Below are positions 1-12,350 of a DNA stretch of 64,000 nt, piece after piece (the stretch's first letter is position 1; the number at the start of each line of letters is the position of its first letter). The position numbers were made by a program, and so were the translations under genes. The notes beneath the pieces were generated by a model that saw only the letters and a list, made by a program, of their open reading frames with translations, was not told the DNA's origin and did no database searches. The stretch comes from Octopus bimaculoides (lineage: Eukaryota): positions 45,631,885 to 45,695,884 of the forward strand of contig NC_068992.1 of assembly GCF_001194135.2 (NCBI RefSeq). The letters are read 5' to 3'.

Positions 1-46
1 GGGGAGACAAGCACCTCCACCCAGCTAAGTCTGCATCCATAGTCAT

Positions 47-72
47 GTTTCTGAGTCTTTGCTCGTCATCAG
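47..72 (-). ncRNA. Degenerate hammerhead-ribozyme-like core
   Basis: Minus strand reads CTGATGA-cgagcaaagactca-GAAAC, with a GAG/CTC stem II; flanking AGTCAT/ATGACT are complementary. The stem-closing and cleavage-site positions deviate from the consensus. Confidence 0.3.
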
Positions 73-264
73 TCTGGAGTAGATGACTTGCTAGTCGAAG
101 ATGCCTGTCAAGCTATTGTAAACATAATAATTCTAGTGAAATACATTAACTGATTTCAAATTTAGAAATAATACATTTCTAAATCTCTCAGAGAAATTTA
201 TGCAGTAGTGATACAATGAAGTAGTTGTATGCTGTCAACTTATTTCTGATTTAAAATTTCAGCA

Positions 265-472
265 AAAAGCCAGGAATTTCTGAGGAGGTGTTTAGTCGAT
301 GTAATCTACCCCAGGACTCATATGTCATTTATCCTTCTTATTTTTTTTTTCCATTCCAAAGGGATGAAAATTAAAATCGACCTCAGTGGAATTTGAACTC
401 AGGACATTAAGACGGACGAAATGCCGATGAGCAAATTGTCCGGCCTGCTAACGTTTATACCAGCTCACTGCC
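265..472 (-). mobile_element. tRNA-derived SINE, family A (short), diverged copy
   Basis: Reverse complement matches the other copies in this window (e.g. 35661-35880): ctgagttcaaattcc..gaggtcga..tttcatccctt..gtcgat. Confidence 0.8.
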
Positions 473-1640
473 TTATTGCTACATAAAACATCAAGACTTG
501 AACTGTTTAATTATACATCTGGAAAGTAGTTATAGAATATAGCATGACTTCTGTGTAATCATGTCTGCCACTGTTAAAAAAAAAAAACGTTGTCTGGAAA
601 CATTATATAAGTATTTAGTTTGATTAATAGTGGAAAATGATTGCGCATTCAAAAACATATCCCTGGGGTGGCCAAACTGCAGCAGGCGACCACCATGTGC
701 CTCTTTAACTATTGACATGCACCTATCTGACAGTGAAGATACGTTGGCTGAGTTCTTATTTTATATATTTCATCACCCTGAATATAAAAGTTAAAAGTTA
801 AATAAAAAGAATTCAAGCTTTATATTTATTTATTGATCATGAATTGATACCAGCTGTGTAATGCAGTCGGAGCGGCTTGTCTTCAGTTTCGGAAAAGGGG
901 AACGACATTCCGACAGAGATTCAAATGTATAATGTATAATTGAAATGGATATTTAAATTTCTCTACTTCTGTTTTATTTGAGTTTTGCACTCTCCGACTT
1001 ACTTACCATGTTTCCCATTGAAGCTGTAATCAGGTAGATACATATAAGACTATCAAGATGTGCCGTTTGCATGTATAATGTTATTTTCAAATCTCTTTGC
1101 AAAGTACGCAACATTCTGTTACACACACTTGAAATTGACAATAAATGGGAAAAATCTTAATCTTTCACTACTTGTCACAATTCTTTTCCAGCAATATTCG
1201 CTGTCACATTATCTGCTTAAAATAATGTTGCTGTCCTTTATTAACTCAATAATTTATACTATTTTACTTCATAATGAAACACACATCCCCTAAAATAATG
1301 AGCAATGCTAGATCTGCGCGTGGCATCGTTCTTTAATGCTGAGGGTAGGAAAGATGGGAACCAGTGGAGTTAAAGAAATTTGTGGTCAGTAAGTGTTACA
1401 AAATAACCTTTGAGTCTTATCTGCCATATGCCACTTGGTCATTGCAAAGCCAGCATCTTGAAATGCTACTATGAACAAACCACGAACATTTTACGCTTGA
1501 TTATCTACCTAAATTAGAATTAAGGAAAATCATGTTAATTATGTTAAAATCCTCGCTAAATAGCTAACATATACTGTTGACAACGGTGAGCAAGGATGCC
1601 GATACGACTGAAGCCAGGCTTGTTATATTATGGAATATTG

Positions 1641-1685
<45 letters not shown>

Positions 1686-1824
1686 GATTTTGTATGTGTC
1701 TGAACGAGGTAGCACTAGTCTACTTGTGTAAATGTGTATCAACCTAGTGGTGGTTCAGCTACGTAGGCACCTATAAAACAATTAGTGAAAGCGTGGTACA
1801 AACTTATGAGAGATGGCTAAGACC

Positions 1825-1871
<47 letters not shown>

Positions 1872-3405
1872 GCGCACGCACATACACCTACACAATCATA
1901 TGCATGCGTGCATGTTCGTATATGTATAACTATGTATTTATAGAAATGTATATAACATCGGAGTGGTGAGTTTACAGAGTAAATAAGGATGAGAGAAAGA
2001 TAGTTTTATTGTAACTCACGTTTATGGAAAATATTTATAATCTCCACTGTCTACTTCTCGTCACCTTCAGTAAAGATACCCATTAGTGTACGAACAAAAG
2101 TTGATCCATTCTCTATAGAATTCACGTCCACAATTGTTATAACTACCTATTTATTTTTATTCAACTAACATCAGATTTCAAGACACCTAGACTACATTTG
2201 CTAGACATCTTTTTTTACTTAGTCTACCACTTGCCGGACCTTAACTTCGATATCTTTTGTATTATCAGCTTTCTGAAAACAGCATTGATTAACTTTCGTG
2301 TTTATTCTCTCATTTTCTTTTCGATATGTTTTCTTTATATTGCACTTTTTTTTTTTTTTCATCTCACTCTTTCTCTCTCTCACCTTCTCTGTTCTTGCGC
2401 GCTCTCTCTCTCTCTGTCTCTCATTTCCCCCTTCTCTCACTCTCTCTCACTCTCCTTTATACTTCTTCACTTGCCATCTCGTGTTTTAACGTCACGACAT
2501 TACAACTGATGAGGCCATAGCGGTTTCCTAACTCTGATAAATGTGCCAACATCGTGCCACACAAAATCAAAGAGATAGACAGACAGATTGGATAGAGAGA
2601 TAGATGTAGAGAAAACCAGTGTGTAGAGGAAAGAGACGAAGTGGAAGACGTACACGCAAACATTTCGCTTTCTCTCTCTCTCTCTCTCTCTCTCAAACAC
2701 ACACACATGCAAATACATACACTACCATCACTAACAACAACAGCAACAACTCCACACTTATTATTTGCGTGTATTTTGAGAACCATACATATATTCCGTT
2801 ACTTCTTTCTTTGTAACTGAGATTTTGCTGTATAAATGTTAGTAGTGCTATTTCTGAATAATGTGTGTGTGTGGATCTCCGTCAATTTCGACGGCAAGGA
2901 TTCATTTGATGCTGTAGCTTAATAGCCTTTGTGCTATGGAAACATTATATTGATGAAAATCGTGCAGTAAAATGGTTTTACTGCAGCGCCACACGTATTT
3001 TCTTCTTAATATTAAGCTATAATATCAACTGAATATTTGTTCACGAAAGCGACGGAGTTTCATATGCGCGCACACGAAGCACATCACATATAATGGCCTA
3101 TACAAAAAAGTCTTCCCACGTTGTGAGATACATAAAGTGGTTATTGCCAAGTTCCTCGTCCTCTTGCAGTTCTTTCTGCCCCTATTCAAATGTCTGTGCG
3201 ATTGAGATCTTGCCCGAATGTTCGACAATACAACATTCTTGAAGTGGTCTTTTTTATCTCTTTTTCTACTTCTCATATAGCCATTAAAACTGTTGTTGTT
3301 TGCTGTGTAGCAAGAAGTCACAAAATGTCACGTACTAGGCGAAACAGACGCAGCTCCACGATGGATTGACTTCGTAAAAAAAATTGTTATATTTTCTCTC
3401 TCCAG

Positions 3406-3484
3406 GGTGTCTAGAGGAATCATAGCAAACGCTGATGGAGTGTGTCTTGCATCAAAACCTCCTCTGCCGCCATATTCTTCTTGA
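3406..3484 (+). CDS. Candidate terminal coding exon (VSRGIIANADGVCLASKPPLPPYSS*), product unknown
   Basis: Strong acceptor attttctctctccAG; only one frame is open for more than a few codons; AT-rich UTR-like sequence follows. No homology recognised. Confidence 0.22.
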
Positions 3485-3656
3485 TGGCTTCAAAGAATTA
3501 TTGTTAAATTTGTAATTGTTGTAAATGTATTGATAATCTACATGTTATTTTATTTTTAAATCTATATAGAGATTTATTTGTATGTCTACTGTAAAACTAA
3601 ATGCCAGTCGGTTTCTACATTCATTGTAAATCTATTTTAACACTAGCGCCCTGAGG

Positions 3657-4020
3657 GTAATATTCTCTGGCAACGCACAAAAGCCCTTTTCAGAGTTATT
3701 TACTTTGAATTGATATTATCTCATATCTGATTAGTCTGTTATTACGTAACATGCTTCACGATTTTAGTGTACATACCTTATTCGTATTTCCTCTTAAGTT
3801 CTATATATTCTGGGAACGCATTAAAGCCCTTTTCGGGGCTACTTTATTTGAATTCTTACTATCGGGTAACTAATTTCATGTTATTACATAACTGACTTCA
3901 CAATTTGGGTATTCATAACTTATTGGGAATTCCTAAAAACAAGATCCTGTGTAAGACATTTCGGTATTCTCTGTAAATGCACGAAAACCGTTTTAAGGGC
4001 TACATACTTTGTGTTGTTAT
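3657..4020. repeat. Degenerate tandem repeat, ~145-160-bp unit, about 2.5 copies
   Basis: The motif attctctggcaacgcac..aaagcccttttc..ggcta recurs near 3662, 3807 and 3966; gttattac.taac..cttcac.att is shared by units 1 and 2. Confidence 0.7.
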
Positions 4021-4799
4021 TGGATTAGCGAAGCAATTATGAGAACGGAACCAAAGGATTAACTCCGTTTTTCTGGGAATTACCGGGTACGTCAGCTAGT
4101 TATACATACATTCACTTGACTAGACGTTCATAAATAATTATGGAAAATGATTCTGTTACCAGACATCTGAGAAAAACAGCGGTATTGATATTTATCAAAA
4201 TGTAGTTACTATGACAAGAAGCATGCAAACAATAGTGTAAACATTTTAAACATTTGTAAACACATTCTTTGCTGTTTCTTCGCTGCATAAGGTAATATAT
4301 CATTATCTACAATGATGCTTCTTTAAACAGACACTGATGTCCATATAAGCGGATATCGTTGAAAAATGTAAACTATGAAACACAAGGGATGACTTGATAT
4401 TGGTAGAGAACAACTAAAGAAAGCCTTTAATTAGAATATAAATCTCTCAGTTGCAATCATGTGACCTATCAGTGTCTTTCTTTACCTTTCTGGTTTTAAA
4501 CAAGCTATTTCTTTCGTAAAAAACTATACATCTTTCTTAATATAGTATCTTTTAGTACATACTCTATGGTTTATAGGATAAACTTATTGTGAGAGGTTTT
4601 ACTCCAACACAATCCTCATAATACATCGAAACATAAAGAACGGAATACGTGACTCCAATAATCTAATATCAATGAAGCTCCTTATGAAAACAGAAACTAC
4701 GATTGTGTTGTTGCTAAGCACGTGCTCAAATGGTAAGCTATGGTTTTTAATGAAAGTATTTCTTCGGAGCAACACTAATTATTCCCACATAAACAGAAT

Positions 4800-4922
4800 T
4801 TAAGCATTCATATTCTGAGTGATGCAAATTATAATTATTTTCACACACACACACACATACACACAGACGAGCGCGTGTGTGCATGACTCCACGCGTGGGT
4901 GAATCTGCATGTGCGTGCGTGC

Positions 4923-4971
<49 letters not shown>

Positions 4972-5444
4972 ATGTGTGTTTCTGTTTGTGTTTGTATCAT
5001 TTTATTGTATCATATTTCATGGCAAATTAATGTTACTTATTGGAAATATAGAGGCAATTAAACGTATTATTTTCAAGACTAACATAGTCATTACCATCAT
5101 TCTTATTCTTCTTCTCTTTCTTTTTCTTAATAATAGTAATAGTATCATCATTAACATTATTATTTTTATTCCCAACAATATTATTGTTCCAATGTGAGTG
5201 CGCGCGCACATCGTGATGTGTCCCTAAGCAAGAAACTTAACTTTCTTTGCCCCCAAATCTCTCTTCAATCAAATAAATGATTTCTTCCTATTAGTCATCT
5301 TGCTTTTCATATTGTTGTTGGTTTTGTGCTGTTGGCAACACTATTGTTGTTGCTGTTGTTGCCTATATTGTTGTGATTGACATTGTTTATTAGAACTGTT
5401 GTTGCTTTCAATATGTGGAGATTTTTCTCATCGATTGAGTGTGC

Positions 5445-5492
<48 letters not shown>

Positions 5493-5570
5493 GCAAATAC
5501 ACACACATACACACATTTACCCACACACACATGCATATGCAGAGACACACGCATAAACACACACACACAC
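4800..5570. repeat. Compound (CA/TG)n and (AT)n microsatellite cluster
   Basis: Directly visible dinucleotide runs. Confidence 0.95.
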
Positions 5571-6989
5571 ACTTCGACCATTGTTGTGATGAACTTAACA
5601 ATTATGTTCATTAATATATGAAGAATATATTCGCCTCTATATTCACTTCCCGTTCGCCGTAGGTGTGTACACACATCGTTGTTGACTATTGATTCATTGA
5701 TACAGTTCTGCCAATGCTTTTTCAACGAACTACATATTGTACTCTTTCTTCATACACTTTTCTTGTACTCTTCCTTTACCTAAACTTCTTGTAAATCATT
5801 AAGTATTTGTAAAAGTGTGTATTTGTTTCCCTCATCAAAGCTATTGTATCAAATTACTCTGGTAATTGTCCTCGCTTCCATATCGATAACATAATCTGTT
5901 TACCGATTCCTAAAAGTTTGTGTTAAAAATATTTTTTGCTTCTAAACATATATTTCCCTATCCTTTCCTGATATTTCTTTAATCCCGTGGACTAGGAAAT
6001 TATTCGTAATCACAATCCTTTTATTTATTCACCTTTTTTTCACAATTCCTTCCGGATTGTTTTTTTTTTAGTTTGTCCTCTGTTAATCTCATTAGTTATT
6101 CCCCGTTTTAGCTGCTTCAATCATCTTTATCCTATATTCCATTAAAATCGAAATCTTCCTGTACAGTTCTTTTATCTATTCTTTGTTAATTATGTTATTT
6201 CTATTATTACTTTATTAATCATTATTTCAAAAATAATTGATCTTTGTTTCGAAAATTATAAATAGCAATATTTGGGGAAAAACCTTTATACCTATGATCA
6301 ACATCGATAAATAACACCCAGGACAAAAACTGCCATGTGAATGAACTAAAATACTTACATATCCAAGAAACGTTATTTTCTGGAATAAATAGCCTATCAC
6401 TATGTCCACTGAAGTTACTCTGTATCATTCTAGTTGCACCAGCCACAAGTGTAAAATTTAACGGAATGTTTTTTATTCGAAATAAAAAACAATGTTGTCA
6501 ATTATTCGTTATTCATCTCATAACAGGATTGTCATTTACACTGTCGACAATCAGTTAGCTACTATCATAAAAAATTATATCAGAATGTTTCTTTGGAATA
6601 GCAGTTTATTTATATACTAATGTTCCATAGCATTTTCAGTGCGTCATTTTCTCAGATAAGCGGTGTTATATCTGTACCACAAAACATTTTTCGTTGAAAC
6701 TGTTGATATGATGAGGTCGTCGTACGAAGAAAACCTATACCTCTTCGAGTATAATTTGTAGTTAGTGTAGGCAGTTCTAATGAATAATTTTCAGTTTTAT
6801 TATTATTATTATTATTAGACTCGCCTCAGCAGAGTCTACTAACCATCTCATGTAGCTATATGTCACTAGAGAGTCGGGTTAAAAAGCCTCGTCAGGTGAG
6901 CTTACATAGGCGACCAATTGACAAAATAAATTGGTATCAGAAATTTAAGACGAAATGTTATATGCTAAACACATTGAAGGGAAAAATCA

Positions 6990-7333
6990 AATATCTCAAG
7001 GGCTAGACATACAAGTAGCCCACTCCGGCCCCTCTCTGAGAGAACACTTCGCAAAGAAATGAATAAGGGACAACAATCAATGCACACTAACAAATTGTCC
7101 CGTCCGTGACACAGATTCATGCCAACGGGTAAATGTTGTGTATAGAATACAATGTAACAAATGCAACAAGTTCTATGTGGGTAGCACAACAAGACCGTTA
7201 CACGTCCGCATCAAAGAACATCTGAACACGAGAGCCTCCTCCTTCAGAAAACATCTAGACAGATGCCGGAACACTGACAAAAGCATAACAGTCACAATTG
7301 AGGACAATGAAAGAAATCTGGGTAATTTAAGAA
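6990..7333 (+). mobile_element. Penelope-like retroelement 3' fragment (GIY-YIG endonuclease)
   Basis: Translates to ...CTLTNCPVRDTDSCQRVNVVYRIQCNKCNKFYVGSTTRPLHVRIKEHL...SFRKHL, with the VY-x-I-x-C-x2-C-x3-YVG-x-T-x-R-x-L-x2-R-x2-EH motif typical of PLE GIY-YIG domains; ends at an (ATT)n/(GTT)n tract. Confidence 0.85.
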
Positions 7334-7436
7334 TTATTATTATTATTATTGTTGTTGTTGTTGTTGTTATTATTATTTGATGAAAACTCTGTTTATTTTG
7401 CTGGGTATGATGGAAAGTGTCAACTGTTTACAGCTG

Positions 7437-7566
7437 CAAATTCCACAGATGTCGACTTCATCCCTTTGAGGTCAATAAAATAAATATCAGTTGAATATTG
7501 TTGTCGTTAAAATAGACTACAACCCCCATTTAATAGTTCTGGCCTTACACCAAAATTCGAAAGAAT
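7437..7566 (+). mobile_element. SINE family A, 5'-truncated diverged copy
   Basis: aaattccacagatgtcgacttcatccctttgaggtcaataaaataa...ggccttacaccaaaattcgaaa resembles the SINE body and tail; followed by a (GTT)n tract. Confidence 0.6.
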
Positions 7567-7929
7567 TTTTATTAATATTATTGTTGTTGTTGTTGCTGTT
7601 GTTGTTGTTGTTGTTGTTGTTGTTATCATTATCTTTGGTCCTTTTGCCATACTAGCACTTTCCGTATCTTCCTAACCAGTCCACATATTTGTGATCTCTA
7701 CCATGTTACCAACATTTGATAAATGATGTTGTAATGTAACGATGGCGTTTGTGCTGAAAATCATAGCTCATTCTTATTTCCGATAGTTTCCACATTGGTT
7801 CGATTATCTTTCAGGTCACAAGTATAAATGAACCAAATTCTACTTGGAAATATTCCTTTATAACCTCTTCCCACCTCATAATTCTTCTCTTTTCAAACAC
7901 ATAACTCTGTTCTATCCTCTATCAATTGT

Positions 7930-8400
7930 TCCTAGTTTTCTGCATCAAGTTATATTATTCAACGCAGATTACTGCTTATACTTGTAGTTTATTTCATTCA
8001 TCCTCTATGTATGTATCTCTATAGCTTTATCTTCCGATAACGTTATTCGTTTTACAATTTGAATCATTGAAATATTGTGGATTCATGCTCGTCAGTCAAT
8101 CAATATAAGTTTACATATGAGTGATTTTTTTTCTTTCCTTATTGATACTCTCTTGCTGCGCTTAGACATTAATCTTGTGCTTCTGAGGAAACTATTGATC
8201 CCAATCTGGCCTCAATCTGTTCAATCTAATACATCGTCGTCGTATTATCTCTGTATTGACGGTTCAGCTAGCCAGTTTATCCTTTCGGTTCTATTTCTAG
8301 CTACGATATATTCTGTCTTCACGTCTATCAGATATCTCCCTGTTTCACTGTTGTCATGGATCGAAATATATTTCAGTTGGTTCACTTTAAATTCAAAGTG
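7930..8400 (-). mobile_element. Highly decayed non-LTR retrotransposon RT domain (RTE-like)
   Basis: With frameshifts, the minus strand gives TTVKQGDI, then about 30 codons later YDDDVL (YADD-like), then IGINSFLRSTRLM (GLxINxxKTKxM-like) and IVKRITLS, in the expected order; many stops. Confidence 0.5.
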
Positions 8401-9305
8401 ATACTATGGAGTCTTCAGAAGTGTAATGGAATAAAAGAAAAACAGTTATTAAAATATTAAGGTTGATTATGATGGATAGTGAAAGATAGCTTTCATTTAT
8501 CGACTTTCGATTAACGATAAACCTGGAAAAAGTCCGAAATTACTTCATACTTTCATTGTACAGAAACCTAATTCCCCTAAAATGACTGTAGTTGACAGAT
8601 GTTATTTTGAGGTGTATCGAATATCTTCAACGCGGGATTCGGCTGCTATTGTTTTAAAGATCGTGGAAGAGTAAACATCGGCGGTAGGCGTTTGAAGACA
8701 GGCTTAAGTTGACAATTTTTTTGGTAAAGAATATCATATGCTAGGAATAGTTGCTGGAGTAGATATAATAAGAAACTACCTTCTTATAGGTTGGGAGATG
8801 GAATATTTTACTGGAATTTTGTTGTTCCACCTAAACACATTTTATTTGACATTTTCTCAGTTCCTTTTGCTGTCGTGAATAGGTAATAGCCATTCTTACA
8901 GAGTAAAAACAAAAAAACAATCATTAAAGATTAAGAAGGTTGAAGCATAAATATCTCGTTTTTCAACCAGGTTTTATACTTCTATCGAGCAAAAGGGAAG
9001 GAAGCTAAATGGTTGAATACTAACATGAAATATCACTTTGTGACGATAAGGTCGTCGGAAACGTCTTTTCGTGTCTGGTGTACGACTGGAAAATTAACAG
9101 AACGCAATACTTTATTAATAGTTTCTGCCATGCTATTATCTGTTTTTTTTTCAGACAAGTCTTGTGAGAAAGTCGTATACCAGCTGTACACTGGCGTAAT
9201 GTAATCGACTGTCCCTACACCATAGAATTTAACGCCTTGTGCCTATAGTAGATAGAATTGTTATTATTATTATTATTGCTGTTGTTGTTGTTGTTCTTGT
9301 TATTA

Positions 9306-9650
9306 TTCATATAGACACAACAGATTAGACTGTTGGAAAACATCCTAACATCGGGCTACAACAGTTAACATTAGATGCCAAAAACCATCTTGAGTATCCT
9401 GACTGTCGCTAATAACACTGTTTTCTGGAACTGTACTAAACTGGCTTTTATGCCTATTTCCTCTAGCCATCTATTCAAATATTTAGGGATAGTTATCAAT
9501 ACACCTATAAATACAGGGATACATTTCAGCTGCATATTCCATTGACTCTGTAATTCAATGTCTAGGTCCTGGTACTCTGCTATTTTTCTATACCTCTCAT
9601 GCTGATTTTTGCATCATTTGAGATTGTAAAGTCAATTATCTGGCACTTTC
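9306..9650 (-). mobile_element. R4/Dong-type non-LTR retrotransposon 3' end (REL endonuclease region)
   Basis: Minus-strand translation with a frameshift: CQIIDFTISNDAKISMRGIEK.AEYQDLDIELQSQWNMQLKCIPVFIGVLITIPKYLNRWLEEIGIKASLVQFQKTVLLATVRILKMV*; the 3' end runs into an (AAT/AAC)n tract. Confidence 0.75.
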
Positions 9651-9667
9651 ACTTTCTATTCCTTTTA

Positions 9668-9780
<113 letters not shown>

Positions 9781-12272
9781 TTTTCAAACTTGTTTCTATG
9801 TCAAATTATTATTTAACTTCAGTTCTATATGGCTATTTCTATACCTCTAATGTTACTTACTCGATGAAGGTCATACGTTGTTATCTTATTTTTCTTATTT
9901 TCCTTCACTCATTGAATTACGTAGAAACCTAAATTCCTTATTGTGACTATCTAAATCTCTGCTATTTAGTCTTTGTCAACATGAAGCTTCACTATAATAT
10001 ATCTTGTTTTATTTATTCCTGTCCATTTCCATTCCAACACTGATACATAAAATAAACTTGTTTCAGAGCTATCACCGCGAAATTCACAGTTCCAGATTAA
10101 GATCTGACAATCTAATCTTATCATTTAATAAAAAGCGATTTTGGATAGAAAACAAAATTATAAATTGGTAATTGAATGTCGGTTCTGTTACTTAACCATT
10201 ATGCCCAAGCAATGTTATTATCTTTATGATTGTTATTTACGCTTACTCCCAATGTCAGATCTGAACCGCTGCATCTATTTTTGAATGTATTCGAAACGTG
10301 CCAGCGAATTTTACTGCAGCAGAAATGCTTGAAAAATGGAGACAAACAACAGATATGGAGACATACGACAAAGAACAGAAATCCACCAAATGCCTCTACT
10401 CCCTTCTCTATTTAACAAATGCAACACGTATATATCTCATATATGCAAATTTCGTAGTTATTTGTCACGATGCATATTGATATAACTAACAAAACAAGGG
10501 AAAAAGTCAAGAAAAAATATATTCGGAACTGAGGCTAAATCTCTTCGTTCTCGGTACAGATGTACCCTTATTCTAGTTTAAAGAATATCATAAATGTACA
10601 TCAAAACTTATAGTAGTATCTGATTGTGATAATTTACTCCAGATGACAGCATCAATCTGTTGTAGATTGTCGCTACAAAAGGATCAACAATCAGCTCACA
10701 AATTATATGATAAAAGGTCAAATTTTTCTAATTCTTCTCTATTAGAACTCTCAACTCTTTATGGCTTTTCTGATTAACTGCTTTTACATCACAGAATCCA
10801 ATATGGTATTGTATCGTCTGTATTCTATGTAACGATAGCACATTTTCGAATATGTTTTCCAGTTATTGTGTATAGCGCGTGCTTTCTGCAAGAAAATAGA
10901 AAGACATTGTCTCTAAGGAATATTTCTTGTGTTAAGGAATTTCTTGGTAATAATTTCTCTTGAGATGATTTAACTGTTCTATATGTTGTTTATATATTTC
11001 TTGGTTATATCCTATTCTAAAATTGTATGGCTTAAACACTGACATATTAAAGAGTCTTTCAGTATTGTCAGTGAAATAACTGGTCTTGTTATTTTTTTTT
11101 GTGCTTTTTAAATATTACGTTAAATGTTTATTGATTTTCTATTGAAGCTGTTGTTAATATTTTGATATTTTTGTTGTGATTCTCGTCTGCACTATTTATT
11201 TTTCAGCCGCGTTGCCCATGTTTCCATTTTTAATTCCGTCTCTCCACCTTTCTCAGTGCAGTATCCACTTTTTGGCGTGCTTCCATTCAAAACCTTCTTC
11301 TGGCATGGTGTCTTCACTTTCAATTCGCTCTGACACTAGCACTCGGTGAACATCTTACGCTGATATATTACATAACTTAGTATTTCGATTTCAATTCAGT
11401 ATGACCGTAGCAGTTAATCTCATAAACAAGTCCCTGTGATGGTAGTCGACAACTAAATGAAACACTAAAAATCACATTCTAACAGAGGTTTCAAAGAAAT
11501 AAAAAATGAATACTGGTTTCCTTTTATGGCTTAATGACAGGAGAGAGGGTAGCACCAATGAATATTTGCAGAGTCTTGGAGGCCTCCTCCAATTAATTCT
11601 AAACATGTTGCCGAGGGAGCTATAGCTAGATCATAGGTTACTTTTATTAGAAATGTTTTGAACAAGTGTTATATTTTATTCATAATCACTAGTATATTTT
11701 CAGCTGCCTTCAAGTAGGATGTATTTTCTTCATGCTGGAGCACTACAACGCTTATTGTGTGTATTGTTGAACTTAATGTATATTGTGTTCACATTCATTA
11801 AAATGTTTTCTGATAGAACTGTAAGGCAACAGTTGAAGTAAAAGTGAGGACATTCCCCATGTATCAACGTCTTATTTACGACTTTTAAATTATAGAAAAT
11901 CTGAATGTGTTTCCATCTTAAACTTATACTGCTTCTACTGTGCCTATTGACTTGCAATTGCACTTGAACATTTTCACTTTTCATGTATGTTGATGTCGAA
12001 ACTCATTGTGCAGAATAAAATCATATCAAGTTCAAACTTAGTTCCGTAAACTGAGTACGTCTTTCAGCTTTTTCTTTTTCTCATACTGATGAATATATCA
12101 AATGCGAGGTGTTGTTTTCCAAGGGTATGCAGCTTTCTGTACGTAAAAATAATTATGATGTAGAATAATAAATGTGTGAAATAATTAATTCGCCTCAGGC
12201 GATTTGTTGTTTTCCAAACGTTATTCTATGTTGTCTCAGTTTAACTAGTTGTCAGAAATAGTATCAGCTCAC

Positions 12273-12350
12273 CTAAGAATGGTACCGTCTCTGATCTGGT
12301 GACCAAGCGGGAGATTAATATTTCCTTCATTTCTCTCCGTGAGCTAAACA
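12273..12350 (-). CDS. Candidate 78-bp internal exon (phase 1-1; FSSRREMKEILISRLVTRSETVPFL)
   Basis: Acceptor gttgtttcattgtcAG, donor AG/GTGAGC, a single open frame. No homology recognised; chance occurrence is possible. Confidence 0.18.

Noticed and set aside
530-733. Minus ORF IVKEAHGGRLLQFGHPR resembling a retroviral integrase zinc-finger start (EAH..GH)
   Set aside because: No downstream CxxC or DDE motifs; the remainder is low-complexity; a short chance match.
2506-2530. CTGATGAGGCC..GGTT hammerhead-like start
   Set aside because: No GAAA after stem II.
2198-2816. Overlapping ORFs rich in S/L, E/R and H/T
   Set aside because: Translations of (CT)n, (GA)n and (CA)n microsatellites.
2950-3500. 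Minus-strand translations suggesting a piggyBac C-terminus or a GPCR TM6 (KRTRNLAITTLCIS)
   Set aside because: Motif spacing does not fit either family, and multiple stops and frameshifts are needed.
10230-10480. ORFs 10230-10415 and 10298-10480 with protein-like text (CIRNVPANFTAAEMLEKW)
   Set aside because: No compatible splice sites in the open frame and no recognisable domain.
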